This document shows, piece by piece, positions 21,801 to 24,457 of a stretch of DNA of 24,457 nt. The number at the start of each line of letters is the position of its first letter. Position 1 is the stretch's first letter. A model generated the notes under the pieces. The model worked only from the letters and a program-made list of their open reading frames with translations, was not told where the DNA came from and did not search any database. A program made the position numbers and the translations under genes. Source of the DNA: Amoebophrya sp. A120 (lineage: Eukaryota; Protista; Dinoflagellata); NCBI GenBank assembly GCA_905178155.1, contig CAJINV010000023.1, forward strand, positions 361,452 to 385,908, in the 5' to 3' direction.

Positions 21801-22305
21801 CTTTCCGCTCTACCTGCGCTACTTCTCGCAACATTTTGCGTGCCAAGCGCTCAGCCAGCGGAGGAACACCAGTCTGGTGCACGAGCTGTTGCTATCAACT
21901 GTAAAAATGTCTGGGCCTGGAAGATTCTGACACTTGTCATGCACGTTTTGCATGAGCCATAATGTCTGTGATGCATACCCTAGCACTACAGATTTTCTGA
22001 GGGCTTCTTGATGCCTATTCCGCATGACAGATGCCTTCTCAGCGCAGCAAAAATTGCATTCCCTTTGGTACTCATGCAATACAGATTTTTTTGGATTCCA
22101 AACGCAGCATCACAGGCTGCACTCTTCTAGACCCAGACACTTTTACATTTGATAGTTGCTGTTCGAGGAAAGTCGCGGGCTGGCGACTGTTCAACTACTT
22201 ATCGGGCTGCTGCGACGCTGCAATGATTTTCCGGTCGATGCCGTCGAGAACGAAAAGGGCTACTCCATTATCCACTGCGACTGCAGTAATATGTTAATAT
22301 ACTAG
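12887..22305 (+). CDS. Large hypothetical protein (~2,330 aa; K/A/S/T-rich low-complexity regions with interspersed globular segments), split by 11 non-canonical introns
   Basis: ATG at 12887 (MAPKKASSAK). Approximate exons: 12887-12958, 13232-14465, 14694-15069, 15337-15400, 15559-16380, 16595-18528, 18797-18828, 19201-20677, 20827-20903, 21209-21892, 22160-22305 (TAG). Junction frames were checked by hand; those at 14466, 20678 and 20904 are ambiguous, so the length is 2,300-2,335 aa. No family recognised. Confidence 0.8.
12959..13226. mobile_element. Introner (family A-type TIR), 268 bp
   Basis: gcagc|TATCTCATGCAAATATGTCTGGGTC...GACCCAGACACAGACCATTTCTAATGCATA|gcaaa; removing 273 nt is in frame. 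Confidence 0.85.
14466..14693. other. Probable degenerate non-canonical intron without a clear DR
   Basis: TATGAAAGCG...CGGTCACATA weak TIR; exact removal (228 nt) gives DVLLSSDAALFK in frame. Confidence 0.45.
15070..15331. mobile_element. Introner (family A), 262 bp
   Basis: cggcg|TATCGAATGCAAATATGTCTGGGTCTGGA...TCCAGACCCAGACATATTTCTATTTGATA|cggcg; junction reads PDRRTACL. Confidence 0.93.
15401..15553. mobile_element. Introner (family D), 153 bp
   Basis: aacag|TATCCTGTGCAAAACTATCGTACT...AGTACGATACTTTTGCAAATCATA|agcag; junction reads AKQVVLEQ. Confidence 0.88.
16381..16589. mobile_element. Introner (family C), 209 bp
   Basis: atgag|TATCCCACGAAAAAACTGTTTCA...TGAAACAGTTTTTTCTTGCGATA|ataag; junction reads ADEPYEIDPLFVWSE. 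Confidence 0.9.
18529..18791. mobile_element. Introner (family A-type TIR), 263 bp
   Basis: ggcga|TATCAAATGCAAATATGTC...GATTTGCATTTGATA|ggcga; junction reads LGDDLEQM. Confidence 0.92.
18829..18985. mobile_element. Introner (family D, inverted relative to 15401), 157 bp; first of a tandem pair
   Basis: gaaga|TATCCGATGCAAAAGTATCG...CGAAAGTTCTGCACAGGATG|gaaga. Confidence 0.88.
18991..19195. mobile_element. Introner, 205 bp; second of the tandem pair
   Basis: gaaga|TATCCAATGCAAAA...TTTTGCAATGCATA|gaaga. Confidence 0.88.
20678..20826. mobile_element. Degenerate introner (5' end at 20678 or 20664)
   Basis: TATGAAATAGACA...TTTGTATTGCATA (10/13 TIR match); no clean DR. Confidence 0.55.
20904..21208. 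mobile_element. Degenerate introner (family A-like), 305 bp
   Basis: TATCAACCGCAAATATG...CGTTTGCAATGCATA; no clean 5-bp DR. Confidence 0.7.
21893..22154. mobile_element. Introner (family A, inverted relative to 10774), 262 bp
   Basis: gttgc|TATCAACTGTAAAAATGTCTGGG...CCCAGACACTTTTACATTTGATA|gttgc; junction reads HELLLFEESRG. Confidence 0.93.
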
Positions 22306-22581
22306 GTCTGGCCATTTGAAAAAATTATTCGTAGGCTTTGCCGCTGTGTGGCTGAGTCTTGCAGCATGATGTAAGTAGGCGCCCATGCGTAAGCAGCGCG
22401 AAGTTTATTTTTTTTCCAGGCGCCCATAAGTTCGGCCGCACCGACCCAGGCCCCGGATGCACTGTCGTGAGAGAGCGCGCAACAGCACGGGGGCTGGTGG
22501 GTGGGTGCGGTGCTTGGTGGCAGTGCTACTGCCTGTTGTTCTGGGCGCCCTCGGTGCGCGCCGTGGTAAGATCAAGACCCG

Positions 22582-22690
22582 CGAATCCAGCAGGGTCTTT
22601 GAGCGGAATTGGCAATTCCGCTCAAAGACCCTGCTGGATTCGAGGGCAGAATGGTGGAGCAATTCCGAATTGCTCCACCATTCTGCCCTC
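22582..22690. repeat. Two abutting palindromes (30-bp and 24-bp arms, 1-nt spacers)
   Basis: Arms 22582-22611/22613-22642 and 22642-22665/22667-22690 are exact reverse complements. Confidence 0.92.
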
Positions 22691-22938
22691 TGTGGCAAAG
22701 GTTTCCGGGAGGGCTTCGGGCCGGTAGGCCCACTCTCTCTGTGGCAGGCGATTCCAGGAAGTGTTCCTGGCCCGGCCTTTTGGTCGTGTGTGCATGCGTG
22801 CGCCAGCTTTCTTCCTTTGCGGCAAGCGATTCCGGGAAGCGTTTCCGGCCCGGCTTTTTAGTCGTGTTTGCGCCACTTCCTTTTCTTTGTGGCGACCGAT
22901 TCCGGGAAGCGTTTGCGGTCAGTGCGGTGTCTGATAGA

Positions 22939-24457
22939 TGGCCCCCGGCCCTCCGGAAACAAAGGGGGGCGAAGGTTTCACAGGAAGAACCTTGCCCGAG
23001 TGCCGGGATGCTACGGCGGGGGTGTTTTTGGCCCCCGGCCCTCGGGGGCGAAAGAAACAACCAAAGGGGGGCGAAGGTTTCACAAGAAGAAACTTGCCCG
23101 AGTGCCGGGATGCTACGGCGGGGGTGTTTTTGGCCCCCGACCCTCGGGGGCGAAAGAAGCAATCAAAGGGGGGCGAAGGTTTCACAAGAAGACACCTGCC
23201 CGGGTGCCGGGATGCTAGGGCGGGGGTGTTTTTGGCCCCCGGCCCTCGAGGGCGAAAGAAGCAATCAAAGGGGGGCGAAGGTCTCACAGGAAGAAACGCG
23301 CCCGAGAGCCGGGATGCTATGGTGGGGATGTTTTTGGCCCCCGGCCCTCGAGGGCGAGAGAGTGAAGCAATCAAAGGGGGGCGAAGGTTTCACAAGAAGA
23401 AACGTTCCCGGGTGCCGGGATGCTACGGCGGGGGTGTTTTTGGCCCCCGGCCCTCGAGGGCGAAAGAAACAACCAAAGGGGGGCGAAGGCTTCACAGGAA
23501 GAAACTTGCCCGGGTGCCGGGATGCTTGCTACGGCGGGGGTGTTTTTGGCCCCCGGCCCTCGGGGGCGAAAGAAACAATCAAAGGGGGGCGAAGGTTTCC
23601 CAAGAAGAAACTTGCCCGAGTGCCGGGATGCTATGGCGGGGGTGTTTTTGGCCCCCGGCCCTCGAGGGCGACAGAAGCAATCAAAGGGGGGCGAAGGTTT
23701 CACAGGAAGAAACTTGCCCGAGAGCCGGGATGCTAGGGCGGGGGTGTTTTTGGCCCCCGGCCCTCGAGGGCGACAGAAGCAAGCAAAAGGGGGCGAAGGT
23801 CTCACAGGAAGAAACGCGCCCGAGAGCCGGGACGCTACGGCGGGGATGTTTTTGGCCCCCGGCCCTCGAGGGCGAGAGAAACAATCAAAGGGGGGCGAAG
23901 GTTTCACAAGAAAAAACTTCCCCGGGTGCCGGGATGCTATGGCGGGCCGGGGGTGTTTTTGGCCCCCGGCCCTCGGGGGCGAGACAAACAATCAAAGGGG
24001 GGCGAAGGTTTCACAAAAAGAAACTTGCCCGAGTGTCGGGATGCTATGGCGGGGGTGTTTTTGGCCCCCGGCCCTCGGGGGCGAAAGAAACAATCAAAGG
24101 GGGGCGAAGGTTTCACAAGAAGAAACTTGCCCGGGTGCCGGGATGCTATGGCGGGCCGGGGGTGTTTTTGGCCCCCGGCCCTCGGGGGCGAGACAAACAA
24201 TCAAAGGACGGCGAAGGTTTCACAAAAAGAAACTTGCCCGAGTGTCGGGATGCTATGGCGGGGGGTGTTTTTGGCCCCCGGCCCCCAGGGGCGAGACAAA
24301 CAATCAAAGGGGGGCGAAGGTTTCACAAGAAGAAACTTGCCTGAGAGCCGGGATGCTACGGCGGGGGGTGTTTTTGGCCCCCGGCCCTCGGGGGCGAAAC
24401 AATCAAAGGGGGGCGAAGGTTTCACAGGAAGAAACTTGCCCGAGAGCCGGGATGCTA
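22939..24457. repeat. Satellite, ~102-bp unit, ~15 copies; runs off the window end
   Basis: Unit TGGCCCCCGGCCCTCGGGGGCGAAAGAAACAATCAAAGGGGGGCGAAGGTTTCACAAGAAGAAACTTGCCCGAGTGCCGGGATGCT..; copies start at 23029 and 23131; ORF translations show a 34-aa period. Confidence 0.95.

Noticed and set aside
22609-24425. Long ORFs (375 aa, 468 aa) with 34-aa repeats
   Set aside because: Artefact of a stop-poor 102-bp satellite that is open in several frames on both strands, with indels switching frames.
22939-24457. CRISPR-like array (also considered for 1-176 and 11700-12022)
   Set aside because: Pure tandem repeats with no unique spacers and no cas genes; eukaryotic context.

Overview
Eukaryotic DNA, most likely from a syndinian dinoflagellate such as Amoebophrya (inferred from the intron architecture). 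The dominant feature is a dense population of non-canonical, MITE-like introns ('introners'): about 23 distinct loci plus 7 duplicated copies, 100-330 bp long. They have 5'-TAT(/TAC)...ATA(/GTA)-3' terminal inverted repeats (TIRs) and mostly 5-bp flanking direct repeats (DRs). Removing each element plus one DR joins the short + strand ORFs into continuous frames, including one ~2,330-aa gene at 12887-22305 interrupted by 11 elements. That gene contains two introners back to back sharing one DR, with no exon between them, and two introner families occur in both orientations. The left half (~3050-11330) is a mosaic of intron-bearing gene fragments joined at a recurrent ~55-bp motif, and includes a 2,760-bp apparently identical duplication. 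Three satellite arrays, a shared satellite + C7-AAA-C7 module and a double palindrome frame the window. No RNA genes, CRISPR arrays or transposase were recognised.
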